DNA from: Lingula anatina
Lineage: Eukaryota; Animalia; Brachiopoda
NCBI GenBank assembly: GCA_051362555.1
Contig: CM120640.1
Location: 24,972,225 to 25,036,224 of the forward strand
Length of the DNA stretch: 64,000 nt
Reading direction: 5' to 3'
The notes below the pieces were generated by a model that was not told the origin of the DNA, ran no database searches, and saw only the letters and a list, made by a program, of their open reading frames with translations. The translations under genes were made by a program, and so were the position numbers. Each line of letters opens with the position of its first letter. The first letter of the stretch is position 1. Shown in pieces: positions 63,053 through 64,000 of this stretch.

Positions 63053-64000
63053 CTGAAAATAATACAGAAAAAAAACATCACATGATTGATACGATCGCAA
63101 CAAAGAGCATGTGCTGACAATAATGATATTTTACTCCATAGGCTTGTTACATTACATTTCGATCATAAAGGCAAACTTTCAGGGGAAAAAATCACCATGG
63201 AACTTCCACACAACATCACAAATCAAACAGGGAATAGTCATTTCCAATGCTTCCTTTTTGTTAGTTCAGTGCTGGGAACAGAGGCAAACTATTGAACAAT
63301 TGAGACATTAACATTTCATAACAAATTGGTATTTATGTAATGCTCTCAGTATAATTAAACATGGGGGACTGAATACATGGTACAATGAAGTCCAAGGCTT
63401 GCCACTGTTACGTGTTATCTTCCATCACACAACGCAACGAGTATTGATCTATCAATCAAGGAAATTACAAGCATTTTTCTTAGTAAAACTCAATCATAAT
63501 GAAAAGAAGTTTGGAAACATTTCTTGGCATTTTTTCATAATGAATCTTTGCATTAGACGTCATGTTGATCCCAAGAGACAGAATGTCACCTCAAAATAAT
63601 ATTACATTGATTAATTCATTTGCAAATATATCACCATCAACAGTAAGGATGTCCAAATTAAATCTTCCCCTGGCTAGCACAAGTAGCAGATCCATTTTAT
63701 TAGAGTCCATTGACAGCAGTCAAATTTCTCCAAGTTTTGTGGGATGTTTACTCATAGGTACACAGAAGTTCAGCTAACTATATATCATTACATTATCACA
63801 ATGGATTTAGAAAAAAAGTGAAAAATGTAATCTCATTTATAGAAGTTTGCTTAAATTTTACTACATTAAAATACAGTAGGTAAAATGAGCTTTTTTTTTT
63901 CAAAATTTCAAACAAGTAATGATAGTGGTTTTATCACCAAGTGTTGTCATCATTTCCTAAATATGGAGCTAACGAAAACATCCTTTTGCTTTAGTCACTT

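Overview
AT-rich eukaryotic (invertebrate, probably lophotrochozoan/mollusc-like; inference) genomic DNA, not prokaryotic. Bases 1-~9362 are a + strand tandem array of ~66 copies of a ~142-bp unit. Each unit looks like a complete exon-intron module: a 62-nt exon plus an 80-nt GT-AG intron with branch point and pyrimidine tract. Bases 12598-63052 hold most of a minus-strand unc-13/Munc13 gene (CaM-binding motif, C1, C2B, MUN, C2C; the 5' end lies beyond the window), reconstructed by hand with consistent splice phases. The gene has four duplicated, probably mutually exclusive exon pairs: the C1-C2B linker, the C2B Ca2+-binding loop, the MUN 'NF' syntaxin-opening helix and the MUN variable loop. 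Three pairs have RNA stems in the intron between the twins, and the fourth has a 71-nt intron. There are also two in-frame cassette exons and 2-3 candidate alternative first exons. Introns carry a 3.6-kb P-like TIR element, a 1.9-kb TA-flanked TIR element and several MITEs. Coordinates were read by eye and no database searches or folding programs were run.
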